64,000 nt of DNA, taken from contig NMRA01000357.1 of the NCBI GenBank assembly GCA_002633005.1, positions 14,048 to 78,047 of the forward strand, in the 5' to 3' direction. This document shows positions 24,266 to 35,800 of the stretch, one piece after another (the first letter of the stretch is position 1; each line of letters opens with the position of its first letter). Both the position numbers and the translations under genes were made by a program. This DNA comes from Phoronis australis (Eukaryota > Animalia > Phoronida). The notes beneath the pieces were generated by a model. The model was not told where the DNA came from and made no database searches. It was given only the letters and a program-made list of their open reading frames with translations.

Positions 24266-25037
24266 ATGGAAGTTGCTATAAACCTGTCGACCATCACGAA
24301 ATCAACTTTTGATTTAGGGCATTTACCGTTATGAAATTGTTTTCAAATTGTTCCATAGTCAAATTGGTGGTGATAGGGGGCTTTGAAAGATCTCATAGAT
24401 CTTTATTGTCAGAGACCAGTCTATATACATGTTGACTTGTCACGGCGTGTCAAATCAATGTCTGTGGTCTTTAGGAAAAATGAACTGTCAGTTCTTAAAC
24501 GCAGAAATTCGTCATTTCACTTCTGAGTTTAGACCGATTTTACAGCGGCAAGTGGTTTGAATAAAAAGTTAATTTCTAGGACGGAACGTGAACTTAATTT
24601 TAGTAGACTGAACTATTTTGGTAAAAGAATTTGCCTAATGGGATGACTGGCTGACCATGCGACCGAACAATCAGGTGACAAATTTTACCTTGGTAAGGTC
24701 CCTGGCGAACGAGGTCGAAATATCCTTCTTCATTCCCTGATGTTATAATAAACATAAAGTTCGAGTAGACAAGATATCCAAGAGCCCCCATGGTGAACAA
24801 AGGTCGGGGCCTTGTCACAAATATCTGTGTCGGAATGGCCACGTGGTGCCACGAGATTGTCTTGGTTTCGTTCATGATGCATGCCACATCAACGGGTGAA
24901 CAGCGCTGTCGCCGACATACCACAGAGTCATCTCCACGGACACTGGAACAAAGTGAAGGAGGAAGCAGCCCTGGAAACACTTTTGGGTTGCACGAAATAA
25001 ATCTAGTGAAATACAGCTACACACTAGTAATTATTAT

Positions 25038-25339
25038 AGGCGGATTTAGGGGGGGACAGCCCCCCCCCCTCTTGGCTGCCGAAACAGCAACAGCGTGGAG
25101 CGTGTCTGAGGAAATATTGAGTTCAGTAACTAGGACCGGTAGGAGATGAGGGGGCTCAGACCCCATATGGCGGTGGAATCGTGTTCCCGTTTTTTATTTG
25201 TTTTTTGTCTACCGATACATTTTCTGAACGGAAGGTCCACATACCCGACCCCCGCAGCTTCGCAACTTTCTCGCGCATTGCCCAATTCCCCGAAGCAATA
25301 TGTTGGGGCCCCTCTTATGGTATCCTAGATCCGCCACTG
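25038..25339. mobile_element. MITE with GGCGGAT(T/C)TAGG termini
   Basis: AGGCGGATTTAGGGG ... CCTAGATCCGCCACTG flanked by ATTAT on both sides. Confidence 0.55.
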
Positions 25340-26738
25340 ATTATAAGTAACAACAGCGTCAGCGTCCTAAGCGTGCTGCGAACACTAAATGTGGTGTCAC
25401 ACCACATAAAAAATAACTCGTATTGGCTTAGCTTACGGGAAATTTTCAGTGGCGCTAAAAGTTAGTTCATCGCTTTGTGTTTTGTTCGTTGTCAGGTCCT
25501 TCCGTCCTTCCTCCCAATTGTGCATTACCAAAAAATGTTCTTTTGAATTTGAAACTTTGAATGAATTTTATTTAAAAAACTGAGCATACCACCTTGGCCT
25601 TTTGTAAGTATGATCGAGTGCCCGTCATAAGTACGAGCAATATATGGTTTAAAGTTTTAACAACTGGGACCCACGAGAAGAGTCCAGATACCCATAAGAA
25701 GAGTCCCTGGACCCATGTGAAGAACTCCTGGACCCCAACAAAAATATAATACTTACACACGGCACTAACACCGGTTGTAGTTGACGAAGCCACCAGACTA
25801 CCAAGTGAATCACAGGCCTAAAAATCTACCGGCAAACTGTAATAAATCAACGAAGCCTTCCTGCCACTGAGGGGGTAAAAGTACGAAACTAATGTATTGT
25901 TGCTGGAGTAATCAATTCATAACTTTATTGATCGACTCAGTACTGGCTTGAAAAAGAAGCGCATCAGTGGCATGGAACGTTAAAAATAACTTTCAAGTTA
26001 AACAGCTCGTTACGAAACTACTTCTTGGGAATGCTAACGCGAGAGTTATTTACTTAAATTGGATATTGCAAAAGTTTCTAAAAAATTGTCACATTCGCTA
26101 TTTTCGAAACACAGGGGAATTGTAGACTCTCATCCTAATACAGTTTTCAAATTCTCCGCCCCTAATTATGCCTATGAGCTCAAACAAGTCGGACTGGCTG
26201 CTTCTTGAAATAGCCATAGAACTCTTACTAGCCCTGGAATGCCAACTCCCGCACGTGACCAATGTATAATTATATTAGAGCTTGTGAACCCGAGACTAGC
26301 CGCGAGAATTTGCACTGCGAATTTCCGGCTGCCTGCTCGACTGAATTTTGATCGAAAGTTGTAGTTATCGATTAAAGCCCAACTTCATTACTTCATTTTC
26401 ACTTTTGTCATTATTCTTCATCAAGCGGGATTCGATCTTGAGGTAAGGTCGGCAAACTTAGTCAACAAATCCGACGATTACAGTGATCATGCTTTAGAAG
26501 CGCCGACCTGCGGTCCTGGGTTGGGACCGGAAGTAGTTTGGTCTCTCATATCTCCAGTCGTAGAACCAATTTCGACAACCTATACCTTACTACATGCCAG
26601 GAGTTTTTCAACAAGACATTTTTGGGTGTTAAAATCATGTTACAGTATTTAACAAAAAGAAGTTGCGTTTGGCCTAAATCAAAAGTTTAGGGCCTCAACT
26701 GTACAGGTGTGTTTTCGCGCTCGTAAATGTTTATCTAA

Positions 26739-26739
<1 letters not shown>

Positions 26740-26811
<72 letters not shown>
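26740..26811. repeat. (TG)n microsatellite
   Basis: About 35 TG units. Confidence 0.98.
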
Positions 26812-26815
<4 letters not shown>

Positions 26816-26939
26816 CGCATTATTATTGTTTTCATTTGAATCTATGATAATTCATTTATGCAATGTTTAACTGTTGCCCAGATGGCGCTTTTCATTAATT
26901 CGATTTCTGAGAAGTAAGTTTACAATTATCTGCATTATA

Positions 26940-29330
26940 TATGCTAAATTTGATAAAGATCCTGCTAAAAGTTAAGGAGATACAGCCATGGGCACAAAAA
27001 CAAAACTGATACTTATTGGAGAAATCAAAGTCGCCGAAAAATAATCGCCCTCTTGACAGTAGTCATATTCCAATTTTCACAATCATTCTCAGGGTGATTT
27101 GGTTGACAGAGGGGCGGACGCCGAAATCAGACTCGAAAACACCAGGCGGCGCAAAACACCTCGAATCCACCCGGAAACGGGAGGATAGCGTCATCTCAGT
27201 AATAGATGCCTATTTGCCAAATTTTATGAAAATCCGTTGTCAAAGGACCTTTGAAAATACAGAGATAAACGTAAAAAAACAATTGCCACTAGAAGACACA
27301 CCGGTAATCGGATCCACCAGAAAGTTCCCTCATGCCGGCGTCCCCGGACATCCATGAAAGGAACATGTGCAAAATTTCACGAACATACATCAATGTTTTG
27401 GAGATGGGGCCGCGGATGCCGGATGGACGGAGATGACGGCATAATGCGCCCACATATTTATATAACAAGAGCAACGCACAGCGTTGAAATTCGCCCACAA
27501 ATGTACAGCAAACGGTGTGCTACTAGTGGCACTTACTTGTATCATAAAAGTGGCCAATAGACGGCGCAAAATACGAATCTATCCGAAAACTGGTACATAC
27601 TTCATCAAAGCTATTTACCAAATTTCATACAAATCCGTCGAGGAACTTCTGAGAAACCAAGGAAAACGGAAAAAGTGAAATTGCTACTAGGAGGCGCCAC
27701 AGTAGTTGAAATCGTCGGAAAATCATCGTCTCTTCCATAAAGAACATAAATGCCAATTTTCACGATCATCCCTGGAGTGGTTTGGTTGATAGAGGGGCGG
27801 TTGCCAAGAACAGACTAGAATATAGTATAAAATGGCCACTGGAAGGCGCAAAATGTGTGGAATCTATCCGAAAACAGGAGCATGTCATCGTTTCGATGGA
27901 AAGCTATTTACCAAATTTCATAAAAACCCGTCAAGCAGCTTCAAAGGAACAGAAAAAATTGCCAACAGGGGAGCTCAGTGTTTGTCGAATCCGTCTGAAA
28001 GACGCCGTCGTTCGTTGTCAACCTCAAAAAATACACTTGCTAAATTTAATAAATATGATGCAGAGGGTTTAGGAGCTACAGCCATGGGCGTAAAAACAAA
28101 ACTGCCATTACTAGTAGGAGGCGCTACAGTTGCCGAGGTTGTCGAAAAATCATCGTCAGCCGTCCTCTTCACATTAGGAACAGACACGCCAATTTCCACA
28201 ATAATCCTTAGAGTGGTTTGGTTGACAGAGGGGCAGAAAATGCATTGAGGACCTCTGAATAAACAGATGTAAACGTAAAAAACTAAAATTTTCACTAGAG
28301 AACACACCGGTAGTCCGATCCGTCTGAAAGTCGTCGTCGTCTGTTTTCAACTTCACATAAATACACTTGCAAAATATAATAAAGATCCTGTAGAGCGTTT
28401 AGGAGATGCAGCCACGGGCGCAACTAAAACAAACAAAACTGTCACTTGGAGGCGCTGCAGTAGTCGAAGTAGACGGAAAATTAGTCGTCAGCCGTCTTCT
28501 TTACAGTAAAAACATGTATGCCAATCTTCACAATCATTCCTAGAGCGGTTTGGTTGATAGAAAGGCGGACCGCCAAAAACAGACAAGAAAACAGTAAAAA
28601 TGACCACTAGATGGCGCAAAACACGTTGAATCCATCCAAAAACAGGAACTTGTCATCGCTTCTTTAATAGAAAGCTACTTATTAAATTTCATAAAAATCC
28701 GTTACAGAACTTCAGAAAAACAGAGGAAAACGGAAAAATGCAATTGCCACTAGGAGCTGCAGCGTTCGTCGGATCCGTCTGAAAGTCGTCGTCCGTTGTT
28801 AACTTCATACAAATAGACTTGCTAAATCTAATAAAGATCCTGCACAGGCCGGTGAGAAGATACAGCTATGGGCGCAAAAAATGCCACTAGAAGGCTCCAG
28901 TCGAAGTGGTCGGAAAATCATCGTCAACCGTCCTCTTCCCACTGACTACACAAATGCCAATATGGTTTGGTTGATAGAGGGGAGGACGCCAAAAAAACAA
29001 CTCGAAAACAATGGCCATTAAGTGGCGCAAAGTACATCAAAACCATCCGAAAACAGGAGGATAGCGTCATCTCATTAATAGAAGCCTAACCAGACTGCCA
29101 AATCCGTTGAGGGCCTCCAAAGATACAGAGGCAAACGTAAAAAAACTAAAACTGGGCACACCAGTAGCCGGAGAAGTCCGAAATTCGTCGTCATCCGTCG
29201 TCAGCTTTATAGAAACACATGTGCCAAGTGTCATCAAGATCCTGTGAGGGGTTTAAGAGATACAGCTGAGGACGACCTCGTACACCCAGCTAGAAATGAC
29301 GGAAATATAAATATGTGGGCGCATAAAAAT
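26940..29330 (+). mobile_element. Two adjacent/nested HINE-like elements with a long higher-order array of CTCF-motif monomers
   Basis: First copy ends GACGGAGATGACGGCATAATGCGCCCACATATTTATA (27462); second begins TAACAAGAGCAACGCACAGCGTTGAAATTCGCCCAC and ends TATAAATATGTGGGCGCATAAAAA; monomers of about 130-160 bp. Confidence 0.7.
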
Positions 29331-29799
29331 GAGCCTAATTTGCCAGAGTTCCCGTTAAACTAGAACCAGACATTTTAAGACATGGGAAATTTGTTCACAT
29401 AATGATTCTATCAGTCGTTTTATGCAAGTATAAACAATTTAGGTGATATATTATGTGAAATCACACTTTTCCCTAGGTAAAAATAGCACTGTTACATATC
29501 CTTGGTCACAGTACAACTCAAAACAAAATTTTGCACTTGGAGTCAAGAATAATACTTCATTGCATAAAGTTCACTTTTGTTGAATGGCAATCACTTTAAT
29601 GTCGCAAACATTTTTAAACCCTTCACACCATGGTCATACATGCTTGAATTCGATTACCAACAATTTTGGTATGATATTTTAAGTATTTCTTCTTCAATTT
29701 GTGTACTTTTAATAAAAAATAACACAAACAAAAATTAATAAAAATAAAATTTGTGTGGCGTCATCAGTGGATCCGGTCTCCGCCTTTGTGTTGTTTTAC

Positions 29800-30120
29800 A
29801 CCAGCTGCGAGTCGTAGTGATGTCGAAAACTGAGTACGACTGTGTATTACGGAAGTTGGTTGTGGCAGGATGCAATTACAGCAATCGGAAGAAAATATTT
29901 CAGTTTTTGCGTTTGCAAAATACCCCAAGATCGCCCAGAAACGGCACAGGTTCGTATGTCGGACACGCGTATGGCATACAAGTTGGAGCGAGCGACCAGT
30001 TCAAGAGCCACGGCGTGCTCAGCTCATTTTGCTTTGATCTGTTACAGAAACGGAGATTTGTTAAAGATTTCTCTAAGATACGCCAATACCCAAATGTAGA
30101 TGCCACGCAAATAGTTTGAG
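29800..30120 (+). pseudogene. Frameshifted THAP zinc-finger relic, probably from a DNA transposon
   Basis: LVVAGCNYSNRKK in one frame, CKIPQDRPE..ATACSAHF in another: the THAP C-x-x-x-x-C..P..CxxHF pattern. Confidence 0.45.
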
Positions 30121-30939
30121 GTCACAATCGCAGACGGCACAGAGACTGGAGTTGGACGTTGAACCGAAATAATCGACGAATCACATCGGTCGGTAAAAGG
30201 CTTTCATAATTTTGGAACATACAAGAAAGAAACGAGCATCATTTCAATCAGAAATAAAATCCAGGTACAGTACCATCACTATAATGCACTCGGCATTCCA
30301 AGAAATGAAATCGGTGTCCGCTCGATATTTACGACTGGGCTTTGCCAGTCAGGTTAAAAACTTCGGTTAGATTTACAGATCGAGACACGTATTATTCGGC
30401 ACCAAAGTGGTTAGAAAATTAAGTCGCAATTCAATAAAAGGGTTTAATTGTCACTCTAAAATCATGACTGTGCGCAGAGTGAGTAGGCTGCCGACTGGCT
30501 TCACTCACGCCAAAGGATCGTGTTCACGTCCTCAAACGCGAAGTCTGCCGATATGGCGAGGTCTAACTCAACACCTGTTACACCTATGGCCCGAGTGCAG
30601 TCTTCAGCTTCCATCTAAACTGTCTTCATAATGCTAGTCAAGCTCGGCGCTGTCTAATTCTTCGTAGCTTACAAAATCACTACCATCCGACATTGCATAT
30701 AGTTTACTGTCAGCCAATCGACGTCCTCCATTGACGGCATCACGTAGCGGGTAACCAGAAATTATCAATATTTTAAAATCAATGTGTGGTTAGTTAGATT
30801 TTGTATTAATTAATATTGTGCAAAGTTTAAGACCTCAAAAAAGTGTAAAAATCCACAGTAAAAGCGCTTTAAGGCTGGTCTGCACGCCACCTGTTGGCCA
30901 CATCATGTGAACTAATGAACATAAGTGTTAAAAGATTTC

Positions 30940-30990
30940 TGCCTCGACCGGGACTCGAACCCGGGACCTTCTGCTAACCGCAGACAATTT
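30940..30990 (-). other. tRNA-derived T-arm/B-box fragment (SINE head or LTR-associated)
   Basis: rc GCAGAAGGTCCCGGGTTCGAGTCCCGGTCGAGGCA; no complete cloverleaf. Confidence 0.45.
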
Positions 30991-32421
30991 AGTCCACAGA
31001 GCCATCAGGAAAATGTAATATGGTGCCCATAACAAATAGTATGTTGTTAAAACGTTTATACTTACCAAGTTATGCGTACTCGTTTATACTGACCAAGTTA
31101 TGTTGAGCACTCGTGTCAAATTAATTACGAAGTATACTTGTCTGAAATGTCTCGGAATGATTGCAGAAAGTACAAGAAATGTCAAAAATAATGTTCTTGT
31201 CCATTCTCGTAGTGTCCGAATCCCGAATCATACAGATTTGCTTCAAATAAATCCGAACAAAAATGATGTAATTATAATTTTACTATTGAGAGACGATTCA
31301 AATCAAATGGTTATTTCATTGAATTTAACATATAACAAGTCACGGTGACGCCCTTTATCTGTAGAATAAACACGCCAACAGTTGTTTAAAAAATTTTCTG
31401 GGTAGGAGATGTTGCATGTAACACCATTCATGCTTACCACACATCTGTCATAAACACTGGAAAATTTCATTTTCGGCGTAGCATTAAATTTTAACCCCGT
31501 AAAAATGACCGTTTTTGGCATCAGCCAATTAATTATGTGAAGCAGTCGAACAACAAGCCCCAGCGGAAATCCCATTTAAGGAAACGCGAGCAAACTCGCT
31601 GTCTGTTGGACGGCAGGTAATACTGGCGTCTAATTTCACTGTTATTTTTCTTTAAATAAGAAGTTACGTCGGAAAAGCATGATACACCGTCTCCGCGCTA
31701 CAATATTTAACTTGCGCTGACCAAATACAAACAGTAAGCTGGGTTCAAGGTTATTATGACCAGAAGTAATTTGGCAAACTCCTAATTTAATACTGTTAAA
31801 AGGTACGGCAACGTTCCAGAGAATTCGCGCAGTCACGTGTTTTTATTTGTTGAGTCGGACAGATCATGCCCTCGGTGTTCATGACATTCTCCATAGAAAC
31901 ACACAAAGCGCAAAAGGTATCATCAGCATCCAATGCACAAAACAACTACATTGTATCTAAAATTATGTATTTATACAGTTGACATCATTTTCTTAAACCT
32001 AATATGGTTAGAAAACCATGACTACCTCTCATTGATGCATAAATCAAAGTAAGTTTCTTTCAAAATACGTTGGATGTTAACTGTGCCGTGTCCACCAAGA
32101 ATTTAAAAGCACGTAAATGCAAGGACAGTTAGAGATGTTCAACTTAGAAGATTATATCAAAGATGTTAACGTCTAAAATGCTTTAGGATGTTTATAATTA
32201 AAATGAGACGCAAACAGTGTCTAGTAAAACACTAAAAGCTGATTATGGTTTTTGGAATTGCCCTCACTGAAAGCTAAGCACAGACGGTTACAATGCGCAT
32301 GCAGCAGCTTTGTATGCACACACATACCGACAGCACAATTCATCTCTACTGTTACTTCATGCCTGTCCAGGCTTTGTATGCACACACATGCAAACAGCAC
32401 ATTTCATCTCTACTGTTAACT

Positions 32422-32833
32422 TCATGCGTGTCCCGGCAACTGTTCCCAAGGATCTTTGGTGACGTAAATGATTATTTTTGCCACTGCTCTACCAATGTAT
32501 CTTTGCACGTCTGTTGGGTAGTATATATTCATGTCTAACTGAAGTTCCACCTGTTGGGGTCCATCAAGTCTGCTGATCAAACGAACCATGGCTGTCTGTG
32601 AGTTGACTTTTATCAATTTAAAGTCCGTATTTTTGGCAGTTCCTGTAGCCGACAACAGCCTCAGGTCAAACTCGAATCTCTGCGACGAACGGCTGCGCAT
32701 AGTAAATAGGTCAGCTGGAATTCTGACCCGAGACGGAAAGGACAAAAAGTTGTAAGTGTAGGAGAGCGGAGCTGTTTTACATTCTTCGTCGCCATCTCTA
32801 CAGAAATAGGACAAGCGCTGACAACGAATACTT
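32422..32833 (-). CDS. FBLN1: Fibulin C-terminal domain exon with stop
   Basis: CQRLSYFCRDGDEECKTAPLSYTYNFLSFPS..LDGPQQVELQLDM..AKIIIYVTKDPWEQLPGHA*. Confidence 0.9.
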
Positions 32834-35800
32834 CTGTAAATGAAAGCAGACGACATGTTGTGACGGACAGCACGAACAGGAAGCAGTGAACGCTCACTCG
32901 CGCTCTTTGTTTAACACAAATAGCAAAGGGGGTGCTGATGCAATGTGCAATAAGCAAGGGTGTGAAGCCGTTTGGCAAAGTTTACATCTAAAGCCGTGTT
33001 TCCAACGTATTCCCGAATTCACAATATGACATAACGATAACCACGGTTAGAAGCTTGATTAATAGTGGTCCACCAATCTCACACATTCTAAACCTCTTGA
33101 CGGACCATCGCATATTAATAACAACCTCAAGTAGTAGTTACACACAACTGAGACGTGACGTGCTAATGTTGTAGGCCTAATTTAGTTAGAGTTTTGTCTG
33201 CCGTACTACTTACCCCCTCTGTCGGCCATTAGCAGGCATGAAGAATTGTGGTGGACACTGAATATCGTTGCACCTATACCCCCCTCTAGTGTTTACACAG
33301 ACTTGGTTTTCACCAGAACATCTCGACTGGTAAGTCAAACATTCGTCAATATCTGAAATTTCAAATTATCTATAAAATATAATATATAACTATACCTTGT
33401 TATATGCTGGGTGGTGGACCCTGTCAAATGACGAAAAAGCACATGGGATACCATTTTACGGGTGTATAAGACGCGAACGCCCGTCATTGGTGGGACCTGT
33501 TCCTTTGCCAGGCTGCTAGTGCTACTTGTGCTTAAACTTTGAAAGAGCATACCGTGCAGTAATGCATCCAAACATTTCCATCCAAGAGTTAACCCTTCAC
33601 AAGTCACTGGGTTTTGTAACAAAAAACAGACGACCAAATTTAGTTAGGGAATAAATCAGTGATGCTTTTTACAACAGACAATATTGTGGTTTAGTTTGCT
33701 CTTACATACCTTGGCACTGACGTCCACTAGCGCCCATAGTGTAACCTTGGGGACACGTGCACTGGAAACTGCCTGGGGTGTTGTGGCAAAGTCCAATACA
33801 TATTGGCGCCAGCGGGGTAGTAAAGTTGGCAGCGCATTCGTTGATGTCTGAAACACAGTGTAAAGTGGACTCAGAGAGGCCATTTTGTGAATGAAACCTC
33901 TGAATCGACTTAATTTTAAGATATTAACTATAAGCAGTTAATATTTATAGGAACTCGATGACACTCACATGTTTCGTATGATATCGATCGTTGCTATTAA
34001 GAAGATAGAATCAGAAGGAAAAAAATCACCAAAATTTGCTAGAGTTTTGATGTGTTTTGGGGGAAGCTGTCATTTCGTCATGACTCATTAACAAAATACA
34101 GGAAACTACTACATTGACAGATACGTGAGCATGTGTTATAAAATTCAGCATAATACAAAAATTTCACATATTCAGTGAACATCTCGGTAGTTCAACGTTT
34201 GGGGGAAAAGTATAGAAATCCTACTGCACACGTTACTTCACAAAGACACGCCAAAAGCGTCAATAACGCTATCAGATTTAGTATTATGCTACTGTGTAAA
34301 CTGTTTCCACATTTGCTACAAACCACTTTTGAGGGAAACAGAGTACTATTATGTTTCAAAGATTCAAGTTAAAATAGTCCTAGTAGCAGGCCCGTACTCA
34401 GCATTGGGAGGGGGGTGGTTCGAATTTCTAGAAAGGTGGACCTTTCGCAAACGTCAGCACTCAGTTCTTGGTAAGGCGCTTGACGCAGGTTAATTATGGG
34501 GAAGGAAAATCTGTATCCATGGCAACGATGGCTCTCAGCTCTATGTTCCTGAGATAAGGCGGAATTTGTAATACCAGAAATGAGGATGTCGTGACGGTTC
34601 CTCGCAAACAACAAAAATGAAATTCGAACGTAATGTGATCCATAAATATAGCCTTAAACGTTCTCGCCGGCGTTACCTCCTGCTAAACTTTCAAATCGGG
34701 CTTTTTTAAATGAGCGATTACACCTCATTACATACTCCGACGGAAATATTTAGTCGGAGAATGACTTGACGTAATTTTTCATCTGATTGTATTTTTGTTA
34801 AAAGTTGCTTACATTCTTGAAATGGGAACAGCCCACTATTTCGCCGGTTCACTATTCCGGAGGTTCACCACTTCGAAGGTTCACCACTCCGAAGGTTCAC
34901 TCCTCCGAAAATGTCTAAAATTTCTGAATGAGGTGTAATTTTAGTACTTTTACATGCAAAAATAAGCGACACTTCGGTTATTAGATGCAACAATACCGAC
35001 AACAATACACCCGGCTAATAAATCACTTTGTTTGGATTCCATGTGCATGTGGAATTGTCCGCATGTCTCACGAATACGGAATATGAGTACGTAGTTGCAT
35101 CTTTAAAAGAATATGAAGTAGAAATGCTGATGAATTATGGACCACGATACATTCACCAATCTCATGACAAGATTGCATCATCTCACAACCTCATCCACCG
35201 GAACTACTTGCACGGCCAGGTCGAAACTAAATGCAGTTGGTAAGCTACCTGCCAGTCTTCACGAAGTCTCATTCAGTCCTCTTACAATTAAAACAGCCGT
35301 TGGTCGCCGGACCCGTGCCCCATATATTGCCCATAATTGAGAATGAGTTTTTAGTTAGATTCAAGAATCAAGATTGCCAGTGATTGGAACTGAGCTCTAT
35401 TGTAAACAATGTAAATCAATTCGGGACTATTCAACTCTTGCACACCCTTTAAATGGTTACTAAATGAACACAAATACAATATCTTATTCATTTTCAGTTC
35501 TGAATCATTAGTAGAAAATCAGAGTAATGAACTGTCGGAGTTCTGGTTTCGGGAATGTGTTCATTCGAAGTGGTGAACTTTCGAAGATAGGGAACCTTCG
35601 GAGAAGTGAACCTTCTGTCATGTACATGTAACCTTGGAAATCTTTTCCATCAAAATTGTTGCTCTTATGAAATCTGCCAAGCTGTGCACTATTGACATTG
35701 ATTGACAAGAGACGACTTTCATCACGGACCAAAGTTTTAATTAGGTCTAAACTTGCCTAATAATGTGAACATGCGGGGATTTCTCAGTGCAAGAAAACGC

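Noticed and set aside
27016-28356. Several 70-140 aa ORFs in the array
   Set aside because: Chance frames in non-coding repeat monomers; no Rep/helicase or transposase motifs.
30940-30990. tRNA gene
   Set aside because: Only the T arm/B box is recognisable; no acceptor stem or D arm pairing.
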